The notes under the pieces are model-generated. The model was not told the origin of the DNA. It was given only the letters and a program-made list of their open reading frames with translations, and searched no databases. Shown piece by piece: positions 1-10,192 of a DNA stretch of 64,000 nucleotides (positions are counted from its first letter, which is position 1; every line of letters starts with the position of its first letter). Location: contig JAKAZS010000003.1 of NCBI GenBank assembly GCA_021815785.1, forward strand, positions 1,111-65,110, written 5' to 3'. This DNA comes from a bacterium. GTDB lineage: Bacteria; Cyanobacteriota; Vampirovibrionia; Obscuribacterales; JAKAZS01. The position numbers and the translations under genes are program-made.

Positions 1-966
1 AATGCCCAATTTCTTAATTCCCAAACAATTAATAAGATTTATCAGGATGCGCTTAATTATTTAGTGGAAATCCATGTAAAAAGTACCAAATTAAAATTTA
101 TACCTTTTACCAGTATTCCTAACCCCAAATTAATGGCTCAAGAAAGTCTGGGATCGGGCATTTTAATCAGCTCAGATGGCTATATTCTTACTAATGCCCA
201 TGTTGTTAAAAATGCCAATTCCATTGAAGTAACTTTTAAAAACGATACAACTTATGAAGCTAAAAAAATTGGTGAAGACGTATTTACGGATATTGCCGTC
301 ATTAAAATAAATCGGGTCAACGATAAACTTGCTCAAATTGGCAATAGTTCGCTCGTTAAAGCTGGAGATTTTGTCCTAGCTATGGGCAGTCCTTTTGGTT
401 TAAGTAATTCCATAAGTTTTGGAATTATCAGCGCTAAAAATCGCAATATTAACTATTTAAAAAATCATGTGGAATTAATTCAAACCGACGCAGGTATTAA
501 TCAGGGTAATTCTGGTGGTCCGTTATTAACGCTAGATGGTAAAGTCATTGGTCTTAATACCATCACAGCTTATGACAGGCGACTATCTTTTGCTATTCCT
601 ATTAATACCGCAATGGAATCGTTTAGCAAAATCATTAAAAATGGTGATGTAGCAAGACCATACCTGGGTATGTATATGGAAAACAAATATCCTGACTTTG
701 CGGTTGGCCAGTTACCTAACGCAAAAGCATTGGGTGGTGTTATTGTAACCAATGTGCTTAAAAATGGGCCAGCCGATATCGCTAAGCTCAAGACCGGCGA
801 TTTAATTGAATCTATCAATAATAAAAAAATCAATAATATTCTTGAACTTAGAAAAATCATTCAAGACATGCAGCCAAATGATTCAGTCACATTGCAAATT
901 CGCAATCAGAATCAGTTAACTAATAAAATCATTATTTTAGGAAAATACCCCAAATTTGCTAATTAA
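1..966 (+). CDS. HtrA/DegP-family serine protease with one PDZ domain; 5' end runs off the window
   Basis: Frame 1 is open from nt 1 (NAQFLNSQTINK...) into the listed 64..966 ORF, so the GTG at 64 is probably internal. Catalytic contexts are TNAHVV (His), DIAVIKI (Asp) and GNSGGPLL (Ser). The C-terminus has a PDZ-like GGVIVTNVLKNGPADIAKLKTGDLI. Confidence 0.9.
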   Translation, partial: NAQFLNSQTINKIYQDALNYLVEIHVKSTKLKFIPFTSIPNPKLMAQESLGSGILISSDGYILTNAHVVKNANSIEVTFKNDTTYEAKKIGEDVFTDIAVIKINRVNDKLAQIGNSSLVKAGDFVLAMGSPFGLSNSISFGIISAKNRNINYLKNHVELIQTDAGINQGNSGGPLLTLDGKVIGLNTITAYDRRLSFAIPINTAMESFSKIIKNGDVARPYLGMYMENKYPDFAVGQLPNAKALGGVIVTNVLKNGPADIAKLKTGDLIESINNKKINNILELRKIIQDMQPNDSVTLQIRNQNQLTNKIIILGKYPKFAN

Positions 967-2287
967 CCATATCCGGCTTTTTGACTAAACATTCATTTAC
1001 TTCCTTTACAACTTTAAAAGAACCAATGGCAACGATAATCTGATTGTCATTTAAAAGTTTATAACTTAGCGACAAAGCTTCTTTGATATCAGAACAAGAT
1101 TTAAGATTGGGTGAAAACTTACGGGCATGTATAACTAACTCCTCTGGAGCATAAGTTAACCGTTTGTCCTTAAACTGAGTTGCAATAAGGATATCATCTG
1201 GCTGCAAAATTTCTTTTAAAATGCCTGCCGGATTTTTATTAAAATAACAGGCAAAAATAAAAATAAACTTAGTTTTGGGAAAATAAAAATCTAAGGATTT
1301 TCTTAAGGCTATAGCACCACTTATATTATGACAGGCATCAAGTAGAATTTTTTGATCAGCCAAATATTGAAAACGTCCTGGCCAAGTTATTTTACTAAGT
1401 GAATTAGCAATTACGGTTAAAAAGCTAGGCAAGTCAACCACTATATTAATATTTAATTTAGTTAAAGCAATGTATAAAGCTAAAAGTACGCCAAGACAGT
1501 TAGTTGTCTGAAATAAACCCATTAGTCTTAAATGACGATTAACTAGGGGCAGGAATTGTTCATAGACCAGATTAAAATTATGATCACCATTAACAACTTT
1601 AAGCTTAAAAGTTTTAGGGTCAATAATCAAAATCGGAGCATCATTGTTTTGCGCAAATTCTTTAATCACTTTAAGTCCATCATTATTACAAGCCGTAATA
1701 ATATGGGTATGCGGCTTAATAATATGCGCTTTTTCCCAGGCAATTTTAGTAATGGTATCACCAAGTATATGCTCATGATCAAATTCAGTATTGGTTATAA
1801 CTGTAGCTAAAACATTAGTTATAATATTGGTAGCATCAAGCCTCCCCCCCATACCAACTTCGATGACAGCAACATCAATATTACGTTCCTTAAACCAGTA
1901 AAATGCTATAGCTGTTAAAAATTCAAACCACGACAGACCTAAAAATTCCGGATTTTGCTGAGCTAATTTATAATTTAAATCTTTTAAAATTGAACTTATT
2001 CGCGAAAATTCTTCTTTAGATATACATTGACCATTAATTTCATAGCGCTGCGTCCAATCATGGATATGTGGTCCGGTAAACATTCCCGTTGTAAAATTGA
2101 AATCAGCCAGTAAACTGGCTAACATCTTTACCGATGAGCCTTTACCATTAGTGCCACCAATATGAATACTGGGATAATTATTTTGAGGATTATTTAAATA
2201 ATTTAAAAATTCCTTGATATTAGCCAATGAATAAGTACTATGCTTACTTAAACTTTCAATATAATCAATGCTTTCAGAATAATTCAT
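959..2287 (-). CDS. folC: folylpolyglutamate synthase / dihydrofolate synthase (Mur-ligase family)
   Basis: 442 aa. HIGGTNGKGSS P-loop typical of FolC/Mur ligases. Length and the LDACHN/ALRKSL region fit FolC. The 3' end overlaps the htrA-like stop by 8 nt (convergent). Confidence 0.85.
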   Translation of the reverse strand: MNYSESIDYIESLSKHSTYSLANIKEFLNYLNNPQNNYPSIHIGGTNGKGSSVKMLASLLADFNFTTGMFTGPHIHDWTQRYEINGQCISKEEFSRISSILKDLNYKLAQQNPEFLGLSWFEFLTAIAFYWFKERNIDVAVIEVGMGGRLDATNIITNVLATVITNTEFDHEHILGDTITKIAWEKAHIIKPHTHIITACNNDGLKVIKEFAQNNDAPILIIDPKTFKLKVVNGDHNFNLVYEQFLPLVNRHLRLMGLFQTTNCLGVLLALYIALTKLNINIVVDLPSFLTVIANSLSKITWPGRFQYLADQKILLDACHNISGAIALRKSLDFYFPKTKFIFIFACYFNKNPAGILKEILQPDDILIATQFKDKRLTYAPEELVIHARKFSPNLKSCSDIKEALSLSYKLLNDNQIIVAIGSFKVVKEVNECLVKKPDMVN

Positions 2288-2320
2288 TAATTAAATCAGC
2301 CTAATTAACCTAAATATACC

Positions 2321-3976
2321 TTATGAATTAATAATGTCATTCCATTCCTTAGTGAATTTTTCAAATTGTTCTTTTTGTAATTTTAAGGCATTTACACATT
2401 TCAATGATTTAATAGCTACTACCATATCTTGAGCTGCCATAGCTTCAGCAGTTATGTCCGTTAAAGTATTAATCATCAAATTAAGCTCTTTATTCAAAGA
2501 TTCAACCGCAATAAACATCATCTGACTATTTTCCGTTAGCCTGGCTAAACTTTGACTACTTTGTCCACTTTGCCCGGCATTATTCAGGCCATTTACGCCA
2601 GCATAGACGTTACTGGCATTGGGCGTGACGTTATGCTGAGCGGACACATTAATTGGGTTGACCGATTGTTGATAGCCTTGCTTAAAACCACTGGCATTGA
2701 TAGCTGCTTGTCCTTGAAACGAATTTTGACCTTGTTGCATATCGGTCTGATTATTACTTGGTGCTGACTGATTAGGATTATGCGTATTGACGAAGACATC
2801 AGCTGATTTAGTCAAAGGTGAAACAGGCATAGACTGTCCGAAAAAATTTTGCCCGAACATATTAGCTTGCGGCATATTAGACTGCGGCATATTGGCTTGT
2901 GGCATATTAGCTTGCGGCATATTGGCTTGTGGCATATTAGCTTGCGGCATATTAGCTTGTGGCATATTAGACTGCGGCATATTAGACTGCGGCGTATTAG
3001 CTTGCGGCGTATTAGCTTGCGGCATATTAGCTTGCGGCATATTAGCTTGTGGCATATTAGACTGCGGCGTATTAGCTTGCGGCATATTAGCTTGTGGCAT
3101 ATTAGCTTGTGGCATATTAGCTTGCGGCATATTAGCTTGTGGATGCTTTGGCAACTGATTAGCATTACCAGAATAAGTTGTAGGTGTTACAACATTTGGC
3201 GGTAAATTACTCGTAAGTAAATTATTATTTTCATATGGCGAGAGAAAGGCTGGTCCACTATCAGCTATTTCACGATTTACAAAAACCGGTTCGGGTTTAT
3301 TTCCTTTTAAATAGAATTTTTCTGACCCATCACACACACCCTGAATCACCTGAATATAATAAGCAAATAATCTTTTGCCAATTGTTGACAAAACATCTAA
3401 ATGTAACTCTTCGCCTTCAATCTGCCAATTTTCATGACTAGGATTATAGACGAATTCAATATAAGCCGGGAATTCATCAGGCGTAGCACTAAGTCTAATT
3501 AAATACTGAGTCGGGACTACATATACTTTGATTTTTGTTGGCACACTACGAATAATTAAAGACCACTGTCGAGTATAGATATGACCTTGCAGCCCAAAAT
3601 TAGCCTTACTACCAGGAATAGTTGCGACATTATTGGGCAGATTAATTCGCGATGGTAATTCAGTGCTAATTTTAAATTCTGGATTAGCAACATCTTTGCT
3701 AAATTCAAAAGCATATTTAGATAATTGATCAAAAATTTTATTGGCAATTACATCGTGGCTAATTTTTAATTCCTGGGAATTAACCGATGGCAGTAGATCT
3801 GGCAATTGCTTGCTTAAATCTTCTTTAAGATTTAACATCCATTTATTAGTCTGTGAACCAATACTAGGTCTTAAGGAATTCAAATAATTACTAGATAAAT
3901 TTTGGGCTTTATTTTTATCATCATTATTAGGATTATTAGGTAAACCCGAATTATTACTCTGATTTCTATCGTTCAT
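2321..3976 (-). CDS. hypothetical protein with a central P-Q-A/S-N-M/T pentapeptide array and N/Q-rich low-complexity regions
   Basis: 551-aa ORF. An N-terminal ~230-aa non-repetitive region is followed by 19 pentapeptide repeats, an N/Q/S-rich segment and a helical C-terminus. No family recognised. Confidence 0.7.
   Translation of the reverse strand: MNDRNQSNNSGLPNNPNNDDKNKAQNLSSNYLNSLRPSIGSQTNKWMLNLKEDLSKQLPDLLPSVNSQELKISHDVIANKIFDQLSKYAFEFSKDVANPEFKISTELPSRINLPNNVATIPGSKANFGLQGHIYTRQWSLIIRSVPTKIKVYVVPTQYLIRLSATPDEFPAYIEFVYNPSHENWQIEGEELHLDVLSTIGKRLFAYYIQVIQGVCDGSEKFYLKGNKPEPVFVNREIADSGPAFLSPYENNNLLTSNLPPNVVTPTTYSGNANQLPKHPQANMPQANMPQANMPQANMPQANTPQSNMPQANMPQANMPQANTPQANTPQSNMPQSNMPQANMPQANMPQANMPQANMPQANMPQSNMPQANMFGQNFFGQSMPVSPLTKSADVFVNTHNPNQSAPSNNQTDMQQGQNSFQGQAAINASGFKQGYQQSVNPINVSAQHNVTPNASNVYAGVNGLNNAGQSGQSSQSLARLTENSQMMFIAVESLNKELNLMINTLTDITAEAMAAQDMVVAIKSLKCVNALKLQKEQFEKFTKEWNDIINS
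2858..3142. repeat. 19 tandem copies of a 15-bp unit (plus-strand CATATTAGCTTGCGG and variants), in frame inside the 551-aa CDS
   Basis: Read directly from the sequence. Units differ only at 1-2 positions (agc/aga, cgg/tgg, cat/cgt), encoding PQANM/PQSNM/PQANT. They generate three shadow ORFs in the track. Confidence 0.95.
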
Positions 3977-4154
3977 GGAAGAATCCTTAGAAAAAGTTAT
4001 GAATTAAGCTTGCCACTAAATTAAGCGTAGCTTAATTTGGTAGTTATTTAAATATTTTATCATATCTATAAGGAATTATTTTGGAATTAATAATATTCAT
4101 AGGAATTATTTTTTTAACTTATCTTGACTAAACATACTATATAGCGTAGTCAGC

Positions 4155-6608
4155 TTAAGACTTAAGATTTTTTAAGGTTTTACTTGCTCGATATGCTACA
4201 TATGCATTTTCATCTTCAGCTAAGCCTGTTAATATATCAAGTGGGGTTAAGTGATTTTCGGCTACACTATAACGAACATTAACATCGTCATCAAGACTTA
4301 AAAAGTATAAAATGTAAGCAGGGGTAAACTTAGATACTGCCAAAGCGGATCTAATTAAAGCATCCTCGTGCAAAGCTGAAACCGCTAATGCTTTAGCCTC
4401 TAAACACTTGGTCTCAATACATTCAATTATTTTAGCAGCAGAAATTTTACTTAGATCACATTCCTCGTTTTGCATAACTTTATCGCCGTTAATAGTATTT
4501 GTTTTGGCTTTGGGCACAGCCTTTACCTTATATTTCAGAGCATCATCTTGATAATCATATACATAGCGATTTAATATATTGCTTAATTCAGTTAAACCAA
4601 CTGGCTTAAAAATGAACTCATTAGCACCACTAACTATTGCTGATTTTATTTGCTCTTCGGTAGCACAACTACTCATCATGATTATAGGACAAGGCCATTT
4701 ATATTCTTGAAATTTTTCAATATTGCGCATAATTTCACTAGCTTTACTGCCATTCATAACTGGCATCTGATAATCTAAAATGACCATACTATATTCATTT
4801 TCAATAAATAAATTTACCGCCTGTTTACCATTGCTAACAACATCTATAGCAAAATTAAGCTTTTCAATTTGTTTTACAAATAATTTTTGTAAAGTCAGAT
4901 TATCTTCAGCAAGCAATATTCTAGGCTTAACTGAAATATTTGGCGTAAGCTTACCTTGGTTAACTGGCATTATTTGACGCAAAGGCTTTAAACTATTAAC
5001 CGCTAAAAATAATTCATCTTTAAGAAATTGCTTATTTAAAAATGCTATTATCTGGTCAAACGTATCATATCCTTGTAATTGAGAATTACCAATAATAATC
5101 AGTTTTAAATTTTTAAAACCAGGGTTGTGAACAATGCGATTAATTAATTGGTTGTTCTTTAATTCTGATTCCAGATCAATAATACATAAGTCAAAATTAA
5201 TATTGTTTTGTCGAGCAATAATCAGCTTTTCTAAACCCTCATCAATATTATGATAAAATTCAGTGCTTAAGCTTAAATGACCTAAATATTCAGCCAAATG
5301 CTTAGATTCAACAATATTATCACAAATAACTAAAATTTTAATATTACTATTATCATTAAATATTTTAAGACCGGTTCTAATTTCGATAGCCTGTAAAGGC
5401 ATTTTACACTTAACAATTAATTCCAACTTATCATTTTTAACTATTTCCAAGCTGCCTGACAATAAATCAATATATGACTTGCATAAAGCTATACTTAAAT
5501 TATGCTCATCGTTCATCTCAATAGGGGTAAAATTATCTTTATTTTCGAGCAGTAAGTGGAGAAATTCGGAATCTATTTCATTATTAGAACTGTTAATCAT
5601 AAGACTAACGCTACAAACATTATTCTTTAAAATTGAATCTAAATCAGCTCGAATTAAAATATAGCCATTTACTGCTGATTTAATAATATTAGACATTAAA
5701 GAAATGAGAATTTGTCTGATTTTATATTCGTCACCAGTAAAAGTATCGGGTAAATTTGGATCGAAATAAACACTGTAAAAAATATTCTTTTCTTTTAAAA
5801 ATGGAATAAACAATTCAACAGTACTATTTACAACATTTTCCAAATTAAACGGATCGTTTTGCGCAAATAGTATTGTCTCTTTTAAATTATGAAAATACAT
5901 GGATTTTAATGTCTTATCATAAGTATTCTTACAGGATTGCTCAATAATATTAAGCAATTCAACCTGTTCAGGCTTTAAACTGGTATTGCCAAGCAATTTT
6001 ATAGCTTCACAACATGATTTAGAGGTCGCCTGTATAAGACTTAACATTTCGCTGGTTAACTGTAATTTAGCCTGATAACTAAACAGATTTTCATCTTTGG
6101 TTTCATGTAATTTTTTATGAGTTGACTCTAATTCATAATTAATTTGCGCTAATTCTAAAACCCTTGTCTCAAGACTTAAATTTAAGTCTTTAATTTCTTG
6201 TTCTTGTTTTTTACGATAAATGGCGTATTTAATACTGCGCTCCAGAATCGCGAAAAAATGCGGACCTTTAATTAAATAATCCTGGGCTCCAAGTTTAATA
6301 GCTTCCAGTGCAATATTTTCTGAAGTTAAACCACTTAAAATAATTATTGGAATATGCTTACAATTCAAATAAATACTTTTAAAAGTATCTAGACCTTGCT
6401 CATCAGGTAAAAACAAATCTAAAACAATAATATCAAAATTATGTTTACTTAAAAAGGTAAATGCTTGAGTAAGTGATCTTGCATTAATAATCTTATATTC
6501 AATGTCACTGCTTCCACTAAGAGCTTTTTTAAACAGCTTAGCATCAGCTAAATTATCTTCAACCAGAAGGATATTAAATTCTTGGGTTTTAATACTACTC
6601 ATATACAT
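4155..6608 (-). CDS. multi-receiver hybrid signalling protein with a degenerate (pseudo) histidine-kinase core and C-terminal HEAT/LRV-like repeats
   Basis: 817 aa. REC1: ILLVEDN...DIIVLDLFLPDEQG...AQDYLIKG. A coiled coil follows. The HisKA-like region lacks the H-box His (QATSKSCC where SHELRTPL is expected). The HATPase-like region has no G1/G2 boxes. A middle REC-like domain follows (KILVICDN...LCIIDLE). REC3: ILLAEDN...MVILDYQMPVMNG...ANEFIFKP. The tail reads DDDVNVRYSVAENHLTPLDILTGLAEDENAYVAYRA. Confidence 0.8.
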   Translation of the reverse strand: MYMSSIKTQEFNILLVEDNLADAKLFKKALSGSSDIEYKIINARSLTQAFTFLSKHNFDIIVLDLFLPDEQGLDTFKSIYLNCKHIPIIILSGLTSENIALEAIKLGAQDYLIKGPHFFAILERSIKYAIYRKKQEQEIKDLNLSLETRVLELAQINYELESTHKKLHETKDENLFSYQAKLQLTSEMLSLIQATSKSCCEAIKLLGNTSLKPEQVELLNIIEQSCKNTYDKTLKSMYFHNLKETILFAQNDPFNLENVVNSTVELFIPFLKEKNIFYSVYFDPNLPDTFTGDEYKIRQILISLMSNIIKSAVNGYILIRADLDSILKNNVCSVSLMINSSNNEIDSEFLHLLLENKDNFTPIEMNDEHNLSIALCKSYIDLLSGSLEIVKNDKLELIVKCKMPLQAIEIRTGLKIFNDNSNIKILVICDNIVESKHLAEYLGHLSLSTEFYHNIDEGLEKLIIARQNNINFDLCIIDLESELKNNQLINRIVHNPGFKNLKLIIIGNSQLQGYDTFDQIIAFLNKQFLKDELFLAVNSLKPLRQIMPVNQGKLTPNISVKPRILLAEDNLTLQKLFVKQIEKLNFAIDVVSNGKQAVNLFIENEYSMVILDYQMPVMNGSKASEIMRNIEKFQEYKWPCPIIMMSSCATEEQIKSAIVSGANEFIFKPVGLTELSNILNRYVYDYQDDALKYKVKAVPKAKTNTINGDKVMQNEECDLSKISAAKIIECIETKCLEAKALAVSALHEDALIRSALAVSKFTPAYILYFLSLDDDVNVRYSVAENHLTPLDILTGLAEDENAYVAYRASKTLKNLKS

Positions 6609-6614
6609 TACCTC

Positions 6615-7043
6615 TTAACTTGGCAGTTTAACAATGGTAAACCAGAAATTTTCCAATTTTTGAAAAATTTCAACTAAACCATTTAAATCATTAGATTTAT
6701 TAATATAACAATTAGCATAATTCTGATAACTTCTTAAGATGTCATTTTTACTATTACTGTGAGACAGGATAATTACGGGAATATGTTTTAATTCATCCTG
6801 ACTTTTTATATAAGTTAGTAAGTCAATACCATACATATCTGGTAAATTTAAATCTAAAAAAATAAGATCCGGAAGTTGAGAGATTTCATACGGACTTTGA
6901 TTCGTAAGTAATTTTATGGCATCATTAGCACACGATACATGCATAGCCTGATTAGTAAACTTAAACTGTTTCAAACCTCTTAAAATCAATTTAGCATCGG
7001 CAAAATTATCTTCAACTACTAAGATTTTAATTTCTTTAGACAT
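6615..7043 (-). CDS. single-domain CheY-like response regulator
   Basis: 142 aa. ILVVEDNFADAKL, DLIFLDLNLPDMYG, PVIILSHS, NCYINKS. Sits 6 nt upstream of the hybrid gene and 15 nt downstream of the kinase gene. Confidence 0.9.
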   Translation of the reverse strand: MSKEIKILVVEDNFADAKLILRGLKQFKFTNQAMHVSCANDAIKLLTNQSPYEISQLPDLIFLDLNLPDMYGIDLLTYIKSQDELKHIPVIILSHSNSKNDILRSYQNYANCYINKSNDLNGLVEIFQKLENFWFTIVKLPS

Positions 7044-7058
7044 TTGACACTTCCTTAT

Positions 7059-8468
7059 TTATAAATTCTTAGCAATAGTAAAGGTAAAACAGGAACCTTT
7101 GCCTTCTTCTGATTCTACGATAATACTGCCACCATGTTGGGCTACAATGCGCTGGCAGACAGCTAATCCAATACCAGTTCCTGGGATATCAGGATTTAGC
7201 CGATAAAACAAATTAAAGATTTTTCCTAAATATTTTTCATTAATCCCGATACCATTATCTTTTACCTTAAAAATATAATGTGTAGAAGATTCATTATATA
7301 CAATATTAATTTGAGGAATTTTATTCTTATTAAATTTAATTGCATTAGTAATTAAATTATTTAACAATGTCATAATTTTAATTTTGTCAGCATTAATAAC
7401 TGGAAATTTATTATAAATAAGTTTTGCTTTATTTTCCTTAATAATAATTTCATGTGATTTAATGATTTCCTTAATTAATTCATCCAGTGAGAATTTACTT
7501 ATTGAAATTTGTAAATTCTCAATTTTACAAAATTCTAATAAATCATTAATAAATTTTTGCAACTGATCAGCACTATGAATTAAAAAATCAAAATTTTCTT
7601 GTTGATCTAAGTTGATTTTATCTTTTAAATCATCCTGAAGAATTTGCGCATAACAATTAATAGTTCGAAGTGGCTGATTAAGATCATGGGCAGCCACAAA
7701 AGCAAATTGTTCCAGTTGTTTATTAGAAATCATTAGCTCATTATTTAATTTTTCAATTTTACTTAAATAATTTCTTTTTTGCGTAATATCCTGAAGAAAA
7801 GCCCCGAAATAACTTATATTATTAATATCCTTAGTAATAAAAAATACGGTAAGTTCAATCGGGAATTCATACCCATCTTTATGAAGTGCAATAAGTTCCA
7901 GACGACTGTTAAGGATAGTACTAGAGCTAGTATCAAGATAGCGTTTTAAGCCATTTAAGTGTCGCTGACGAAATTGGGATGGAATTATCGTATTAGTTAA
8001 AGATTGGCCAATAGCTTCCTCACGACTATAGCCAAAAGTCAACTGTGCCTGCTTATTCCACTCACAGATTTTACTATCATTATCAATCATAACAAAAGCA
8101 TTATAGGAATTATTAATAACCGTCTTATATAAATTACTTTCAAAAACTTTTTGATTTTTAATATCCTCCTGACTAACAAAAAACAACATACCAACATTAT
8201 CATTTAATTTCATAATCGATACACTGACGTCAGCACCATGGACATCTTTAGTTGTGTGATAAATTAAATTTGTATGAAAATCTTTAATACCATTATTTAA
8301 AAACAAGTGAATGATAGTTTCATCTTTAAAATAGTCTAAATTAAAGTTCTTATTATGAAATATTTCATTAGTCAGATAATTTATGAAACAATAATTTGTA
8401 CCAATAACGTCTAAAACATCTTGGCTGCGTTTAATTAAACTGGCATCATCTAATAATTGTATATTCAT
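7059..8468 (-). CDS. PAS-domain sensor histidine kinase (cytoplasmic)
   Basis: 469 aa. PAS-like segment (NSYNAFVMIDNDSKICEWNKQAQLTFGYSREEAIGQ). H-box FAFVAAHDLNQPLRTI. N-box NLITNAIKF. G-boxes DNGIGI and GTGIGLAVCQRIVAQHGGSI. Confidence 0.9.
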   Translation of the reverse strand: MNIQLLDDASLIKRSQDVLDVIGTNYCFINYLTNEIFHNKNFNLDYFKDETIIHLFLNNGIKDFHTNLIYHTTKDVHGADVSVSIMKLNDNVGMLFFVSQEDIKNQKVFESNLYKTVINNSYNAFVMIDNDSKICEWNKQAQLTFGYSREEAIGQSLTNTIIPSQFRQRHLNGLKRYLDTSSSTILNSRLELIALHKDGYEFPIELTVFFITKDINNISYFGAFLQDITQKRNYLSKIEKLNNELMISNKQLEQFAFVAAHDLNQPLRTINCYAQILQDDLKDKINLDQQENFDFLIHSADQLQKFINDLLEFCKIENLQISISKFSLDELIKEIIKSHEIIIKENKAKLIYNKFPVINADKIKIMTLLNNLITNAIKFNKNKIPQINIVYNESSTHYIFKVKDNGIGINEKYLGKIFNLFYRLNPDIPGTGIGLAVCQRIVAQHGGSIIVESEEGKGSCFTFTIAKNL

Positions 8469-8598
8469 TTAATTATAAATTAACTAGCAACAATCTTATT
8501 GCCGATTCAAATATTTATAGAGGACTTCCAATATTAATTATAACTAATATTTAAAAATAAGCAAATATTCGACCTTATAAAAAAGCAATGGTTTTCTT

Positions 8599-8640
8599 AG
8601 TAATTTGAGATAATTTATATTAAATTTATCTTAAATTACT
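8599..8640 (-). terminator. near-perfect hairpin downstream of gdh (possible terminator)
   Basis: AGTAATTTgAGATAA...TTATCTtAAATTACT inverted repeat, read by eye. No clear U-tract on either strand, hence low confidence. Confidence 0.35.
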
Positions 8641-8712
8641 AAAGTCTCCACATCCATCAAATTTACCAATCTAACTTGTTTAACTTTTTCAAAATATAAA
8701 TATTCAGTCTTT

Positions 8713-10005
8713 TTAAGGATAAAGTCCCCGTAATTTACGGGCATCAAGAACTTTTTGTAAAGCTAAAGACATACTAGCCATTCGTAAACTGACTTTATGC
8801 TGGTCGGCATAAGTAAACACATTATCGCAGACATTATTAACTAGACCTTCCAACCGTTCATAGACTTCTTCTTGTGTCCATAATAGCCGCATTAAACCTT
8901 GAACCCATTCAAAATAACCAATAGTCACTCCGGCCGTATTAGCTAAAATATCAGGAATAACTTCAATGCCCCTATCTTCAAGAATTTCATCAGCTTTAAA
9001 CGTCGTTGGCGCATTAGCACCTTCGACAATTAATTTACATTTTAATAGGCTAGCATTGGATCGGTGAATCTGATTAGCAACAGCACAAGGAATTAATACA
9101 TCACAACTCATTTGCAATAATTCATCATTATTTAAGAACTGGGCTTCTTGATAATCTTTCATACTTTGATGAATTTTAACATGGTTAGCTAATTTAGCAA
9201 TATCAATACCTTTAGCATTATACAGTCCGCCCATACTATCCGAAACTCCGGTAACTTTGAATCCAGATTTAGCCAAACTACTGGCTACACTGGATCCTAC
9301 CTGACCCAGTCCTTGAATAATTACACTAGTATCATTTTTAGAAATCTGCTTATGTTTAATAAAGCGTTTTAAACTTAAGGCTACACCAAAACCAGCTGAT
9401 TCTGTCAAGCCAAAGGATCCACCAATAGATTTAGGCTTGCCAGTTACAATCGATGGCACGGTATAACCTTTATTAACTGAATATGTATCCATCATCCAGG
9501 CCATAACCTGTTCATCAGTATTTAAATCGGGTCCAGCAATATCAGAAGATGGGCCAATCATTTCAATTATTTCGGAAGTATAGCGGCGAGTTAGCCTTTC
9601 TAATTCGGTTTTAGTTAATTTATTACGGTCCACCCTAATGCCACCATGGGCTCCACCAAAAGGCAAATTCATTAAGGCACATTTCCAAGTCATTAGCATT
9701 GCCATAGCGGTAACTTCACCTAAATTTACTTTATCATGAAATCTAACCCCACCTTTACCAGGCCCAAGCGCTAAATCGTAATGAACCCGATAACCCACAA
9801 ATGAGGCAGTTGAGCCATCATCCATTTTAACGGGTACAACCACGGTTAAAGCTCGTTTAGGATGTTTGAGCGGCGCCAACTCATCATCAGTCAAATTTAA
9901 TATCTTACTAGCCTTCGACAACCTGGACTGTTGCATAATAAAATCATCATTTTCCCATTCGCGTAAAGTATTTGATTCTTTTTCAGTAGCAGTTACAGTT
10001 GTCAT
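8713..10005 (-). CDS. gdhA: glutamate dehydrogenase (Glu/Leu/Phe/Val dehydrogenase family)
   Basis: 430 aa. GPGKGGVRFH and PFGGAHGGIRVD substrate/catalytic-lysine region. Rossmann motif IIQGLGQVGSSVA. Confidence 0.9.
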   Translation of the reverse strand: MTTVTATEKESNTLREWENDDFIMQQSRLSKASKILNLTDDELAPLKHPKRALTVVVPVKMDDGSTASFVGYRVHYDLALGPGKGGVRFHDKVNLGEVTAMAMLMTWKCALMNLPFGGAHGGIRVDRNKLTKTELERLTRRYTSEIIEMIGPSSDIAGPDLNTDEQVMAWMMDTYSVNKGYTVPSIVTGKPKSIGGSFGLTESAGFGVALSLKRFIKHKQISKNDTSVIIQGLGQVGSSVASSLAKSGFKVTGVSDSMGGLYNAKGIDIAKLANHVKIHQSMKDYQEAQFLNNDELLQMSCDVLIPCAVANQIHRSNASLLKCKLIVEGANAPTTFKADEILEDRGIEVIPDILANTAGVTIGYFEWVQGLMRLLWTQEEVYERLEGLVNNVCDNVFTYADQHKVSLRMASMSLALQKVLDARKLRGLYP

Positions 10006-10192
10006 TTAATTACCTCTCGATTATAAATATTGTTTTATCTAAATCTAAAACACTAGAATATTACTTACTTTAAATTGACCTAATTGTCCAAATAAAAGCC
10101 TAAAACTATAAGCATAATTGTAAGTCAAATAACTACAAATAAGGTTATGATTTAATTCAATTTTAAGGGAAATTTAATATTAAGCATTAGGC

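Noticed and set aside
570-1810. Antisense ORFs 570..860 (-) and 1556..1810 (+)
   Set aside because: Each lies fully inside a well-supported CDS on the opposite strand (the HtrA-like gene and folC). Neither has recognisable motifs.
2787-3205. Three ORFs of 117-123 aa (2787..3158 +, 2812..3165 -, 2849..3205 +) with repetitive ACGIL/LICRK/HISLR translations
   Set aside because: They are alternative-frame and antisense shadows of the 15-bp tandem repeat inside the 551-aa minus-strand CDS. They have no independent coding evidence.
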